This document shows positions 28,155-40,313 of a DNA stretch of 64,000 bases, piece by piece. The translations under genes were made by a program, and so were the position numbers. The stretch's first letter is position 1. Each line of letters opens with the position of its first letter. This DNA is from Octopus vulgaris. Its lineage: Eukaryota. The notes beneath the pieces are model-generated. The model searched no databases and was not told the origin of the DNA. It saw only the letters and a list, made by a program, of their open reading frames with translations. The DNA lies in contig OX597819.1 of NCBI GenBank assembly GCA_951406725.2, forward strand, positions 34,286,001 through 34,350,000. Reading direction: 5' to 3'.

Positions 28155-28460
28155 TGGAGGCACATGGCCTAGTGGTTAGAGCAGTGGACTTGCGGTCGAG
28201 GGATCGCGGGTTCGAATCTCAGACCGGCCGATGTGTGTGTTTATGAGCGAAACACCTAAGCTCCATGCGGCGCTGGCAGAAGGTAATGACAAAACTTCTA
28301 ATGACTCTTTCGCCACAACTTTCTCTCACTCTTTCCTCCTGCATCTTGCAGCTCACCTGCGATGGACCGGCATCCCGTCCAGGTGGGGAACCTATACGCC
28401 AAGAAACCGGGAAACTGGCCCTTATGAGCCAGGCATGGCTCGAGAAGGAATAAACAACAA
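28155..28460 (+). mobile_element. SINE family D, full length with TSD
   Basis: A box tggcctagtgg, B box ggttcgaatct, 14-bp TSD attaaagaagactg on both sides. Confidence 0.9.
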
Positions 28461-28509
28461 ATTAAAGAAGACTGGTTAAAACATGGTTTCCATAGTTTAA
28501 TATCTAATC

Positions 28510-28762
28510 TTCTTTACTCTTCACTCTTTTATTTGTTTCAGTCATTTGACTGTGACCATGCTGAAGCACCACCTTTAGTCAAGCAAATCAACCCCAGGAC
28601 TTATTCTTTGTAAGCAGTTTCCATCTACCAAATCCACCGACAAGGCTTTAGTTGGCCCGAGGCTATAGTAGAAGACACTTGCCCAAGGTGCCATGCAGTG
28701 GGACTGAACCCAGAACCATGTGGTTGGTAAGCAAGCTACTTACCACACAGCCACTCCTGCGC
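28510..28762 (-). mobile_element. SINE family B, internally deleted
   Basis: Tail joined directly to head region (tttgtaagc|agtttccatc); central microsatellite missing. Confidence 0.8.
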
Positions 28763-28789
28763 CCATTATAACAATTTTTTTTTTAATTT

Positions 28790-28988
28790 CACCCTTAAGC
28801 ATTTAAACCAGCCATATTGTGCCCAAATGTTCTATCTGCTTTGGCTTCTTACACTTATCCCACAATGCCATTCTAAAAGTAAACAATCACATCAATAAAA
28901 TCTCAAAACTATAAAAGAATGCATGATTAATTTAAAAGAATAAATAAGCATTGCATATGATAGAGTAATTTGAATGCTAAAAGGTTAA
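28790..28988. mobile_element. TTAA-flanked MITE (family of 29202-29424 and 32686-32893)
   Basis: Terminal ccctt(a/t)agcattt / aatgctaaaaggttaa; internal similarity to the two other copies. Confidence 0.7.
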
Positions 28989-29201
28989 GATGCTAGTGTG
29001 ATTCTAGTGAGTGAAATAGCTGTTATTTCTAGATCAAACACTAGCAGATCCTTCGATCATATTCTACTAAGGAGAAGGTCATGTGATGTACAATTCTGTA
29101 TGCACAGTGACTAAGGTCTGTTCTATCAAAGTTGGTGTAGAGCTAAATAACAATAGCAATTTTTTGAAGTGTTTACAGGTTTTAGCGAAAGAAAATCAAC
29201 A

Positions 29202-29424
29202 TTAACTCTCTAGTATTTAAACAGGCCACATTTAGCCATAATATTCTACCTGTTTTATGTTCAAACTGACCAGATCTGGACCCTCGCACTTACCCAACAA
29301 TGTCATTGTAAAAATAAACAATCACATCATCAAAATCTCAAAGCTATGATTAATTCAAAACAATTTGAAAAAAAAAAAATATAGCATTACATTTGAGAGA
29401 GTAACCTGAATGCTAAAGAGTTAA
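29202..29424. mobile_element. TTAA-flanked MITE
   Basis: ttaactctctagtattt ... gaatgctaaagagttaa. Confidence 0.75.
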
Positions 29425-29536
29425 ATTGATTAATTTGCATGCATAGCTGTCTTTTGAAGTCTACAGCCATCATCTATATGAATGAACAAAAGCTGGCATG
29501 TATTAAAGAAGTCGCTTCTAATGTAACACTACATGT

Positions 29537-29874
29537 CCGGGACCCCCTTCGGTCACGACACTGACCATGGGATTGCACCTAGAAAGTTACCCTCCTAGTC
29601 ACAAGTCTGTGCATGGTTGTTTATGGAAGACCAGCAGTCGCCCATGCATACCGGCCTCCCCTCTCCACGCCACCAGTGTTATCCAAGGGAAAGGCAGCAG
29701 CCGATACAGCTTGGCACTCGTGACGTCGCAACTCATTTCTACAGCTGAGTGAACTGGAGCAACGTGAAATAAAGTGTCTTGCTCAAGAACACAACATGCA
29801 GCCCGGTCCGGGATTCGAGCTCACAACCTCACGATCGTAAGCTCGATGCTCTAACCACTGAGCCATGCGCCTTC
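29537..29874 (-). mobile_element. Young family E-type SINE with TSD
   Basis: Head gaaggcgcatggctcagtggttagagcatcgagc on minus; CpG-rich; acactacatgt on both flanks. Confidence 0.85.
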
Positions 29875-31482
29875 ACTACACTACATGTATACATACGATA
29901 TTTATGAAAACTGAAGCAAATGTATAACTAGTTTCTTACCTCAAGTTTACAGCATGTAGTTTCCACAAGAGTAAAATATATAAGATTTCTTTATGAAAGG
30001 CAAAGCAAGAGTTGCTTAAACCCAATAATATAACATACTTCTTATAATTTTTTCAAATAACACAACTTATTTTAAACATGATTCTCTAGTTTCTTTCCAT
30101 TTCAATCTATTGTACTGTTTTCTTGTCACTGGCAGAATTTTGTTTTGTGTTTTGTTTTTGTTTTGTTTTGTCTTCTTTTCTCCTCTTTTTGACAGAGTGA
30201 CATATAAGATGTAGGTCAGCAGAAATTTTAAAATGTTTTTGAAGGTTTGTTTTGCAGAGGAGTTCTAAGCAAAATGAAAAAGGGGTGCAAGACACAGCGA
30301 CTTTTTTTTAAATATTATTTTATTTTTATAGATCTATATTTTTTTTTTTTTTTGCTGGCACTTTAAATTCCTCAACCACTTCTTATGTAAGTGCTTCTAA
30401 CAATGGAATCAAATATTTCAATTTCCATGATGACATTCAGCTTTCACTTGCTTCACTGGCCAAGCACAAATGGAAGGATATGTTCTGGCTTGTTTAATGT
30501 AAGTTGGTAATCTTACCTTGCTGTAGATATTTTTACATAGACTCTGCCATCGCCTGTATTATATTACTTCTTCAATTCATTCATTCATTCGGTTCCCATG
30601 CTTTATATGAATAGACTTTCTGAAATAACTATTGCAACACACAGACACACTCAGTAACACACACACACACACACACGTACACAAGTGCGCACACATACCA
30701 ACACATACACACATCAATATATAACACAGACACACCAATACAGACACAGACACACTAATGCATCAAAACATACATACATGTCAAGTGTAATTTCTAAACT
30801 TGTTTTGATAATGATATATTGAGAGAATCTTATCCTCGTTGGATAAAATTTTTTTTTTTTTAAATTCAAATATCTGAAAAATGTTTGATCAGTTTAGTTC
30901 AGTGACTGAAATATTTAATTTGGTATTACTCTACCCTCTTTAGAATATTTCCATACTTTTTCCTACTTAAAAGTATAATCTTCATGTTTAATCAAAATCT
31001 AGTGACAATGACACTATTCCTCAAAATTTGTGTGTGACAGAAAGAGATTCAAAGAGAGATGAAGACAGAGAAAGAGAGAGAAAGACATCGAGAAAGTAGG
31101 TGGGAAAGAGAGAGTTTATTACAATTTCTACATCTATTTCTTCCTTATGAGGGCAAGGTAATAATGCTTACAGAATATTTAGTCCATTTTTGCCTCAAAA
31201 CCAAAAACTTATTTAGTTTCTAAGAAAGGTGACAATTACCTCCTGCACAACTTTTATTATTCATGGTTGATAAAATGTGAAGTTTCAAATAACTGGATCA
31301 AGGACTTTATATCATCAAGTTCAAATATTCTGCTAAATAACTCAAACCAGTTTTATCAGTTCTAAATGAGACTATTTCTTTAGAGTTAATTTTAAATGGG
31401 GAAGTTATGTTTTTAAGTATTAAACTTAAATGTGAAAGTTATTGTGTAAGGGTTAATCTTAAACGTGAAAGCTATCTTTTAA

Positions 31483-31703
31483 CCCTTTCGTTACTGTATT
31501 TAATTTGAGATGTTCTGTGTTTCTTTCAATTACTTTAAATATAACAAAGAATTTAGTAAAATAACTTAGTTATCATTAAGCTTGTATTGGGAACATAAAT
31601 TGTGACTAAGGTTTGGTGGAAGATTTTAATTGAAACCTTAAGAAAACAAGACATTTGTACAACTGAGCCAGAGCTGGTTTTAGCCAAGTTGGTAACAAAA
31701 GGG
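31483..31703. mobile_element. piggyBac-like MITE
   Basis: TIRs ccctttcgttac / gtaacaaaaggg with TTAA on both sides (31479-82, 31704-07). Confidence 0.8.
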
Positions 31704-31754
31704 TTAATGGTTAATTTTTAATGGAAATATTATTTTTCATGGATTAATTGATAA

Positions 31755-32365
31755 GGTGAAAGCATGTGGCCGAGTGGTTAGGTGTTCCACTCACAACTGG
31801 AAGATTGTCGTTTCAATTCCCAGGCTTGCGGTGCATTGTGTCCTTGAGCAAAACACTTCATTTCACATTACTTTAGTTCACTCAGCTGTAAATGGACAAC
31901 CATGCAATAGATTGGCATTCTGCTCAAGGGAAATATTAGCCTGCCTGCCTGCCCACCTAGCCAGCTGGATGACATCATTCGAAAGCTACAACAATGCAAT
32001 CAGGGATCTGGAACTGATCCGGAAAATTCAGTTATATAATAGATGAATAAGGAAGCTGGGCCCCTCCATCAGTTACAACATGAGTATCCAGCTGAATCAA
32101 ATCAACAGAAAAGCCACTCATGAAATTAGTGTGCAAGTGGCTGAGAACATAACAGGTATGTGTACCCTTCACATAGTTCTCATGCAGATTTAGTGTCACA
32201 CAGACTGTGACAAGGCTGTCCCATAAACTACATGTACAACTTATTTTTGTCAAGTGATGGACTGGAGCAATGCAAAATAAAGTGTCTTGCTCAAGGACAT
32301 AATACACTGCTGCAAATCAAAATCATGACTTTATAGTCATGAACCACTAAGCTATACACCTTCAT
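31755..32365. mobile_element. Tail-to-tail pair of family E SINEs (31755-32010 plus, 32060-32365 minus)
   Basis: tRNA-like heads at both outer ends; the core gtgtccttgagcaa appears on opposite strands. Confidence 0.7.
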
Positions 32366-32685
32366 GAATGAAAAAAGTACCAGGATCCTATTTACCCTAG
32401 GTAAAGGTGGATGGCAAAACTCAACATGAAGCTAAATTTGGAATTTCTCAATAATTATATTTCCAAACACCAATGCAGTTATCAGTTAATGTAGCTTGTA
32501 ATGAAATTTCATTCTAATCTTTCCTAATTGAGATAAAGTTAGGATTATAACTACATTTAATAGCAAATTGAAGTAAACTGAATGGATATAATATAGGAGA
32601 AACATTCCATAGCTTTCTAGTTTAAAATCTAGTGTAAATGTTTCACTTCTCTTTTTATTTGATGGATTAATCTTAATGCTTAGGG

Positions 32686-32893
32686 TTAACCCTTTAGCAT
32701 TCAAAATACTCAATCAAATGTAATGCTTATGAGATAATCATGTATTATCTCATAGCTTCAGGATTTCAATGATGTGATTGTTTTCAAAATGATATTATAG
32801 GGCAGGTGTGAGAGCCTTGACCTGGTTGGTTTCAGCATAAAGCAAGTAGAATGTTTGGGCCAGATATGGCTAGTTTGAATGTTAAAGAGTTAA
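32686..32893. mobile_element. TTAA-flanked MITE
   Basis: ttaaccctttagcattc ... gaatgttaaagagttaa. Confidence 0.75.
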
Positions 32894-32911
32894 GCAGTAT
32901 ACTTACTTCTA

Positions 32912-33477
32912 TTGGGTTGTCCAGAAAGTTTGTGCCGATTTTTAAAGGAAAGAAAAAGGTCAATAAATATTTGCCATTACATTTTTTATCAACCAAATAT
33001 GAACCATTTTGTTGCACAATGCATCTCCATCTTTCCTTTAACTTGAAAATACCCTCTTCCCAGAACTGAAGTGGTTTCATGGCAAAAAATTCCTCAAGGT
33101 ATCTTTTTACGTCATCCAAGGAATTGAAATTTTTACCATTAAGACTATTCTGCAGAGACCTGAATAAGTGGAAATCCGAAGGAGCAATATCTGGTGAATA
33201 TGGAGGGTGGGGTAACACATCCCAGTCAAGCTGCAACAATTTTTGTCTGGTTCCCAAAGCATCAAGTGCCGAAAATGAACTTTCTTATCTTCCATTTTAA
33301 AGGGTTACAGACTTAACACAGGTTATAGGAACATAAACCTTCTTCCCCGAAAAGATAGCTTAAACTGTGCTCTAAATAGAGGTGTAGTCAAATCCTATTT
33401 TATGGACTCAACCATGTTCTAAAATAAGTTGAAAAGTAAGCTACTATAAATCGGCATGAACTTTCCAGACAACCCAA
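32912..33477 (-). mobile_element. Internally deleted mariner (mellifera-subfamily-like), 566 bp
   Basis: 30-bp TIRs ttgggttgtc(c/t)(a/g)gaaagtt(t/c)(g/a)tgccgattt; TA TSD (32910-11, 33478-79). The N-terminus MEDKKVHFRHLML is fused out of frame to the C-terminus LPHPPYSPDIAPSDFHLFRSLQN...ERWRCIVQQNGSY. Confidence 0.92.
32980..33295 (-). pseudogene. Mariner transposase remnant
   Basis: The YSPDIAPSD motif carries the third catalytic D; the first two catalytic D residues and most of the HTH are deleted. Confidence 0.9.
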
Positions 33478-33946
33478 TATATATTCTCTCAGTTCACTTA
33501 GTTGTCAGCAATGTGTGTCAGAGCCTCCCAAAAGTTTACTTAACTTAACCCTTTTGTTACCATATTTCTGTTTAAATAAACAGGCCCTTTGAAATCCTTA
33601 TTTGAAAATCTCAGAAAGTTTCTTTCTCAAATTTTTCAAAAGTTCAAAAGTTTTAAAGGTCTTAAATACCTTAATTTAACAACTTTCCTCCTAATCCTTT
33701 GCCTGTCCAAAACAATTTTCCTAAGTATGTCTTAATGTCCATGTTTGTCTTCAGCGCTTTAGTTAGCCTTTGTTTCATACATTCTCATAAAGCTTTTCTT
33801 TCATGAGTCCCGAAATAATTCTGAAACCTGGGAAAATACTGGGGTATGGATGCCAGGGAAATATGCACTGCATATTGGTAAAATTGTCACTTTTTAAATA
33901 GTAATTAAGAAAATTCATGCAAGTCAATTAGCTAAATTTTAATATA

Positions 33947-35639
33947 TCAGATCATTAAGAATGAAATGTCAAGAAAAAGCAATACAGTTAATAAAAGTAT
34001 GCACCTAAATTATCAACACAATTTTGCCATTTTATCGGTAGCTTATTTATGCTGGCAGTGAAGAATTCTGGAGAACAAGAGGTGATGAAATCATGAAAGA
34101 CTGTTTCTGCATCGTTTTCAGATTTGAAGTTTTCTCCTTGAAAAATGTTGTCTCATGCCTGTATAATGTGATAATTTGTTGGTGCAAGGTCTGCTGAATA
34201 TGGTGGATGACAGAGTACTTCCAAGTTCAGTTCCTGTAACTTGAGTAGCATTCTTTGTGCAATATATGGTCGAGCATTATCTTGCAAGAGAATTGGCCTG
34301 TCTCTATTGACCAATATCAGTTGTTTAATTGAACGTTCACTCACTGAGATTTTCAAATGAGGATTTCAAAGGGCCTCCTCACTGTTCACTGTTCATGTAA
34401 TCTATTAAAATCTATTAAAACCGTTCATAAAACCTTTCACATTGCCTCAGTTTCTCATCATCTCTTCATTGTTTCGTTTTGTCATTTTTCTGCGTTTTCC
34501 ATCATTTTTTCTTCATATTTCTTCATTTTTTTTAATTCTGTCAACTTTCCTTCTTGGCTTTTGGTTTCTCCATCGCTAATTGCTAACTTCCCAATTATCA
34601 CATCCCTCTGCCTGCTCATTCTTTCTGTCCTTCATTCCTCCTAACTTAGCTTTACTTCTCTTAGCATAGTGTTCCGTGTTTCTCTCTGACACCCCTTCTC
34701 ACCATCCCAGTAGTGGCATTAACCCTGTTATCTCTCTGGGATCTTTTCGGTTTGAATGGCAGTTTTTTTCTAGCGGTGTCATATGAAATTGTCACCCATC
34801 CAAATTGGTTGATGTATACATCTGCTGTAACTGACTTACCAGGTCTCATGAAGCTGTAGTAGGTGACACCAGCACTGGACTACCAAACAAACACCATTAG
34901 CTTATTTTTTGGTGAATATTCCTTTTTGGACTGTGTTTTGGCACTTCGTCTCTATCTAACCACTGTGCAGAATGATTGCTATTATTGAAAAGAATCCATA
35001 TTTTATCACACATAACAATATGATACAAAAATGGTTCACTTTTATGTTGTGACTGCAAAGAACAGCAAGTTCCAAGACAATGTGTCATTTGATACTTGTT
35101 CAGTTCATTTGGTACCAACTTGTCAAGCTTCTTTACCTTTCTGATTTGTTTCAGATGGTCCAATACAGTTGGAATTAAAACATCGAACCTTACTGTTAAC
35201 TCACGTGTAGTTTGAGATGTATCCACTCCCACTACAGTTTCTAGCTCATCATCATCCACCTTGGTCTCAGGTGTACCACGGGGCCGATTTTCAAGAATAA
35301 AGTCACCAGACTGGAACTTCTCAAACCATCAACATACAGTGTGCCCATATGCCACATTTTCACTAAACACATTGCTGTTTTGAGCTGTCTGGGATGCAAT
35401 GGTTCTACAAGAGAACTCATATTCATAAACAACACAAATTTTTTTATCAATCCATGGGTTCAAAAAACTTAATTTACAATAGAAAACTCACAATATAATT
35501 AGACATCGTGAATTGTATTTTGAAAAGTGATGTTACACTTCAATATTGTAAAACAAAGACTTGTCAGGATAAAATTAGAATTAATGACTGTCAAACTTGG
35601 TGTCTAAGAGAATCGAACATTTCATTCTTAATGACCTGA
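33947..35639 (-). mobile_element. Degenerate full-length mariner (cecropia/Hsmar1-like) interrupted by a ~455-bp insert
   Basis: TIRs tcag(a/g)tcattaagaatgaaatgt; TA TSD (33945-46, 35640-41). Transposase fragments WFEKFQSGD, KLDKLVPNEL, IVMCDKIW, LLQDNARPY, HPPYSADLAPTNYH with stops and frameshifts. Confidence 0.9.
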
Positions 35640-36029
35640 TATTTGTTTCATACGTTCTCAATAATATAAAGCTTTTCTTTCATGAGTCCCGAGATAACTC
35701 TGAAGACTGGGAAAATACTGGGACATGGATGCCAGGCAAATATGTACGGCATACTGGTAAAACTGTCACTTTTAAATAGTAATTAAGAAAATTCATGTGA
35801 GTCAATTAGTTAAATTATAATATGTTTGGCAAGAAATACTTTAGCCAATGGTAGATCTATAACAGACAGATCTGCTAAGATATTGATCTAATTACAGTTT
35901 ATTGATTGAGCTGTCAATGATCTATCAGTGCTTTAGAGCTAAAACATTTATAATTAAACTGTCTCTCACAGAATGTTACACTAATTTACCATCTTATAAT
36001 GATTTATGCTATCACAGAAAGGAAATAAT

Positions 36030-36420
36030 ATTTTATCTTTTACTTGTTTCAGTCACTGGACTGCAGTCATGCTGGAGCATCACCTTTAGCTGAACAGATT
36101 GACCCCAGTTCTTAGGATTTTATTGTTAAGCCTGGTACTTATTGTATCAGCCTCTTTTGCCAAACCACTATGTTACAGGGACGTAAACAAACCAACACCT
36201 ATTGTCAAGCAGTGGTGAGGGACAAACACAAATATGCATGTACACACACACACACACTCACACACACACATACACACACACATACACACGCATATATACA
36301 AACATATTCAATGGGCTTCTTTCAATTTTCATCTACAAAGAGCTATAGTAGAAGTCACTTGCTCTGAGTGCCATGCATTTGGATTGAACCCTGAATCACA
36401 TGGTTGAGAAGTAAACTTCT
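36030..36420 (-). mobile_element. SINE family B
   Basis: Tail, (CA)n centre, degenerate head. Confidence 0.75.
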
Positions 36421-37224
36421 CAGATGATTGGTTGTTCCCTATGACAAGTGAAAGATTCTTAGATTCTTAGCAAAAATCTATATTTGCTTTCATTAGTGAA
36501 GTGAAAGAAAGAAATTATATTATCTTGATGCATTTATTTAATTCAATTTTCTGTCTTTTACATTTTTCTTTAAATCATAGACTCCTTAACATTCATATAT
36601 AGCTGCTATTTTGATCTAGTGACTCTCATCAGTGTCACATGCCCAAGAATTTAAGGTGTATTAAACATTCTATTGCAGTAAATTAAATCAACTTTATAGA
36701 AAGAGAAGATAGGATAGGGAATGGAGTCATTATAAGGATGGAGATGACCAATGACGGCACAAGCTGGGGAAGAAGAGGGATGCAAAGGAGTGCAGGAAGA
36801 AGACAACAGGGAAGTAATGCTGATACAATTGATAGGGGGTGGAGATAAGAGAGAAATTATGTGGTTGGGGAATGCTGCAGGAGTTGGGAGAGAGGTAGTG
36901 TTGTGCATGAGGCGAGATAATTTGGTGGGTCAGTGGTGGTGGTGGGTGGAGAGAACAATATCAACTGTTTAAGTCTATGTTGCGTAGCTGAAATTATGTG
37001 GTTTGCATAATGTTATTAGCTATTTTAGTCTAATGTAGACACTGGAAAAACAAATCCAGAACTATAAATCACTAAAAGGTTTTACGAGTCACATTTATTA
37101 AGCTAATTTCAATCCTCACTTCCCAACTAATTATATATAAGTGCTAATTACGTAGACAGAATTGCTGTACACAGTGTTCATTCTGTGACTATGGAAATCA
37201 AATTTCATAGAATCTAGACTCACA

Positions 37225-37620
37225 AATGACACGGTTAATGACTTGAAGTAATTAACCTTTGGACATGTAACACAATGACCTTAGGTAATTAACCTTCAAA
37301 TGATACAGTTAATGACCGAACGTAATGAACACAGTTCAAAGTAATTAACGTTCTCACTAGTAACACAGGTAACAACCTAGTGACACAGTTTACAACTTAA
37401 AGTAATTAACACAGTTAACAAGCTAAAGTCATTAAAATATTCTTCCAGTGACACAGTTAACGAGCTAAAGTCACTAAACAATTCTTCCAGTGATACAGTT
37501 AACAACCTAAAGTAATCAATCTTCATCAAGTGACACAGTTGCTGACTTAAGTAATTAACCTATTTACAAGTGACACAATTAATGACTTAGTGTAATTAAC
37601 ACAGCATAGTAATGTAATTG
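37225..37620. repeat. Degenerate minisatellite, ~30-45-bp unit (gtgacacagttaacaacctaaagtaattaac...)
   Basis: The motifs gacacagtta and gtaattaac recur about 9 times. Confidence 0.75.
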
Positions 37621-37940
37621 TTGACATTCACTAGAAACTAATATTTCTGTAGTGACTCAATTAACAATATTGTGGAGTTATTGTTTAACTCTAAGTTAGC
37701 ACTATAGATCATTGACATTCCAGCCATGACCATCACAACTCTTTTTTATAAGCAAGGTGCGGCAGGACTACATTATATAATGTGTCCTTCTATTTCAAGT
37801 CAGCAGGGTGAGATTTGAGGGTATATTTGGTTGCTATTTATAGCAAGTCACATGTCCACTGAGAGGCTTCCTCATTGGCTTGAATATACTTGATTGTTTT
37901 CCCTCCTGCCATGGCATCAATAAATGAAATACTTTTCACT

Positions 37941-37993
<53 letters not shown>

Positions 37994-38000
37994 AGAGAGA

Positions 38001-38883
38001 GAGGGGGGGTGATAGGTAAATTGTCGCCATTTTATATTTTTAATTTCAAGCATGCACATTGTTTGTTTGTGATTTTGTTGACTACACAGCATAGTAGGGT
38101 CAGTTGGGCACCGTCTGTGAGAAAAACAGCACCAAGATGCAATTCACTCTGCCAGAAATTTGGAAACGGCATTCTGTATTACTTGGCATTCATGCCAGAA
38201 GCTCCAATACAAACATTTCAGAGTGTTTGGGTGTCAGTCTGAGGACAGTGTAGTCTGAAGACATGTACCAGCAGTGATAAAAACATCCAGTCAACATCAT
38301 GGTGTTTGGAGTGGTCACTAGTGATGATGATGCTATGCCTCCATTCATCTTCCCACACGGCCTCACACACATCACCGAGGCCTACATCAAGTGCCTGGAG
38401 GAGGTAGTGCTGCTCTGGGTCAAGGGGATGGCTGCTGGAAGACCCTGTGTTTGGCAACAGGATTCTGCACCATGCCACACAAACAGAAGAACCCAGGCAT
38501 GGCTGTCAGACAATTTCTGTGATCACATCACTCCCAACATCTGGCCACCTAACTGCGCAGACTGTAACTCCCTTCATTATTATGTGTGGGGTGCAGTTGA
38601 ACAAGAGATCAACAAAACTCCTTGTAACACCAAAGATAAACTGAAGGCAAGGATTATGGCAGCATTCATGAACTTAAACAAAGAGACCATCCAGAAGAGC
38701 TGCAGGAGATTCTGAAGTCATCTGGAGGCTGTGGTTGAAGGTAATGGTGAAGTTTTTGAATAAAGTTACTCTTTAGTATTTCAACATATTTGTATGTAAT
38801 TTTGGTAAATATATTTAAAATGAGATGTCAGTGTTATTTTCATTTTCACGTAATTTAAACGACAGTTTATTCACCACACCCTG
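38001..38883 (+). mobile_element. Internally deleted DD37D (maT/Bmmar1-like) Tc1/mariner element
   Basis: ORF 38299-38715 has WQQDSAPCH...WPPNCADCNSLHY, with 37 residues from the second D to the (mutated) third-D position. N-terminal piece MQFTLPEIWKRH...SLRTV starts at 38137. Imperfect TIRs (taaattgtcg / cgacagttta). Inserted in (TA)n. Confidence 0.85.
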
Positions 38884-38901
38884 TGCATATATATATATAT
38901 A

Positions 38902-39174
38902 TTTTTATATATAAGAGTGAAGTTGTGTGTCTGTCTCCTACGATTTAGATTCCTAACTACTCCCACATTTTGCGGTGCAGTTTAACCAAAAGCGGGTATC
39001 TTATAGTCGTGATTCATATCGACGATGAGTCTACGATTTAAAAAAAATTTACCATCATTTTTTTCCCATTTTTAATGCATTTTTTTTGCTATTATATAAG
39101 AGTAGTAACTCTCTAAAAATGCTTATATAGTTATTTCCCTTACAAACCCGAGCAACGCCGGGCGATACTGCTAG
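38902..39174 (+). mobile_element. Non-autonomous Helitron
   Basis: 3' GC hairpin cccgagcaacgccggg followed by CTAG|T; 5' end homologous to the TC start of the copy at 62042; A|T target with no TSD. Confidence 0.85.
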
Positions 39175-39190
39175 TATATATATATTTCTC

Positions 39191-39234
<44 letters not shown>

Positions 39235-40246
39235 AGTGAATTTGGAGGGATATATTATCTGGGCAGATACCACATGCATGCGTGCATGATGTGTGTGTGT
39301 GTCAGTCTGTCTGTCTGTCTGTGTGTTTGTGTCTGTGTTTGTCCCCCCCCCACCACCACCACTTGACAACTGGTGCTGGTGTGTTTACGTCCCTATGACA
39401 GTACAGTTCAGCAAAAAGATATCGATAGAATAAATGCCAGGCTTAAAAAAAATATGTACTGGAGTCAATTCATTCAACTAAAATTCTACAAGGCAGTGCC
39501 CCAGCATGGCCACAGTCCAATGACTGAAACAAGTAAAAAGGATGTTAGATAATAACTGATTAATTAAAGCCTTCAGTCAGTAAAAAGGTTACTTCTGCTG
39601 TAAACGTATTTCAATTTATTGAATGCAGTTCTTTCAGTGACAAATCTAACATACAAGTAGGAGTTCATCAAGGTTCATTCTTTAGCTTGTTTTATTCATT
39701 ATACTCATACAGACCATCACAAAGGAGATTAGGGCTGGGTGTCCATGGGAACTCTTATATGCTGATGATCAAGTCCTCATTGATAAATCTATACAGGAAC
39801 TAGAGCGGATATTCCAGACAGGTAAATAAAATCTAGAATTCAGAAGCCTCAAGGTAAACTTAGCAAGAATTGAATTTTGGTAAGTAGGAAAGAAAGCAAG
39901 ATCCTAGTGTATTCAGGGAAATGGCCCTGCTCAGTATGTAGAAAAAGAGTAGATATAAACTCCATGCATTTTACCTAATGTAAGCTATGGAAAACCAAGA
40001 GCTGTAGTGGAATCAAAGGTAGAATAACAGAGAAGGTAATTTCATATGTCATAGAGCCATTAGAGCATATTACATACTATGAGCACTACAGAAATATATT
40101 GTATGAATATGTATGAATAGCTCATTAGAAGCAGTTGATAGCTTTTGTTACCTTGGAGATGCAATTAGCAGAGGAGGTGGTTGCACTGAAATCTTAGTGG
40201 TCAGGGTAAGAACAAGTGGGAAAACATTCAAGAAGCTTCTACTACT

Positions 40247-40303
40247 TATCTCTTTTACTTGTTTCAGTCATTTGACTGTGGCCATGCTGGAGCACCGCCT
40301 TTA
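40247..40303 (-). mobile_element. Family B SINE 3' tail fused downstream of the 5S copy
   Basis: taaaggcggtgctccagcatggccacagtcaaatgactgaaacaagtaaaagag on minus, the same tail as at 57300-57360. Confidence 0.85.
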
Positions 40304-40313
40304 AATGTGTGAC

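Noticed and set aside
28155-28230. tRNA gene (also the heads at 24920-24997, 29800-29874, 53508-53580)
   Set aside because: A and B boxes are present but there is no complete acceptor stem; each is followed by a SINE body and TSD.
33769-35823. LTR retrotransposon (direct repeats read as LTRs)
   Set aside because: No TG...CA ends, primer-binding site, polypurine tract or gag/pol; the interior is a TIR-bounded mariner.
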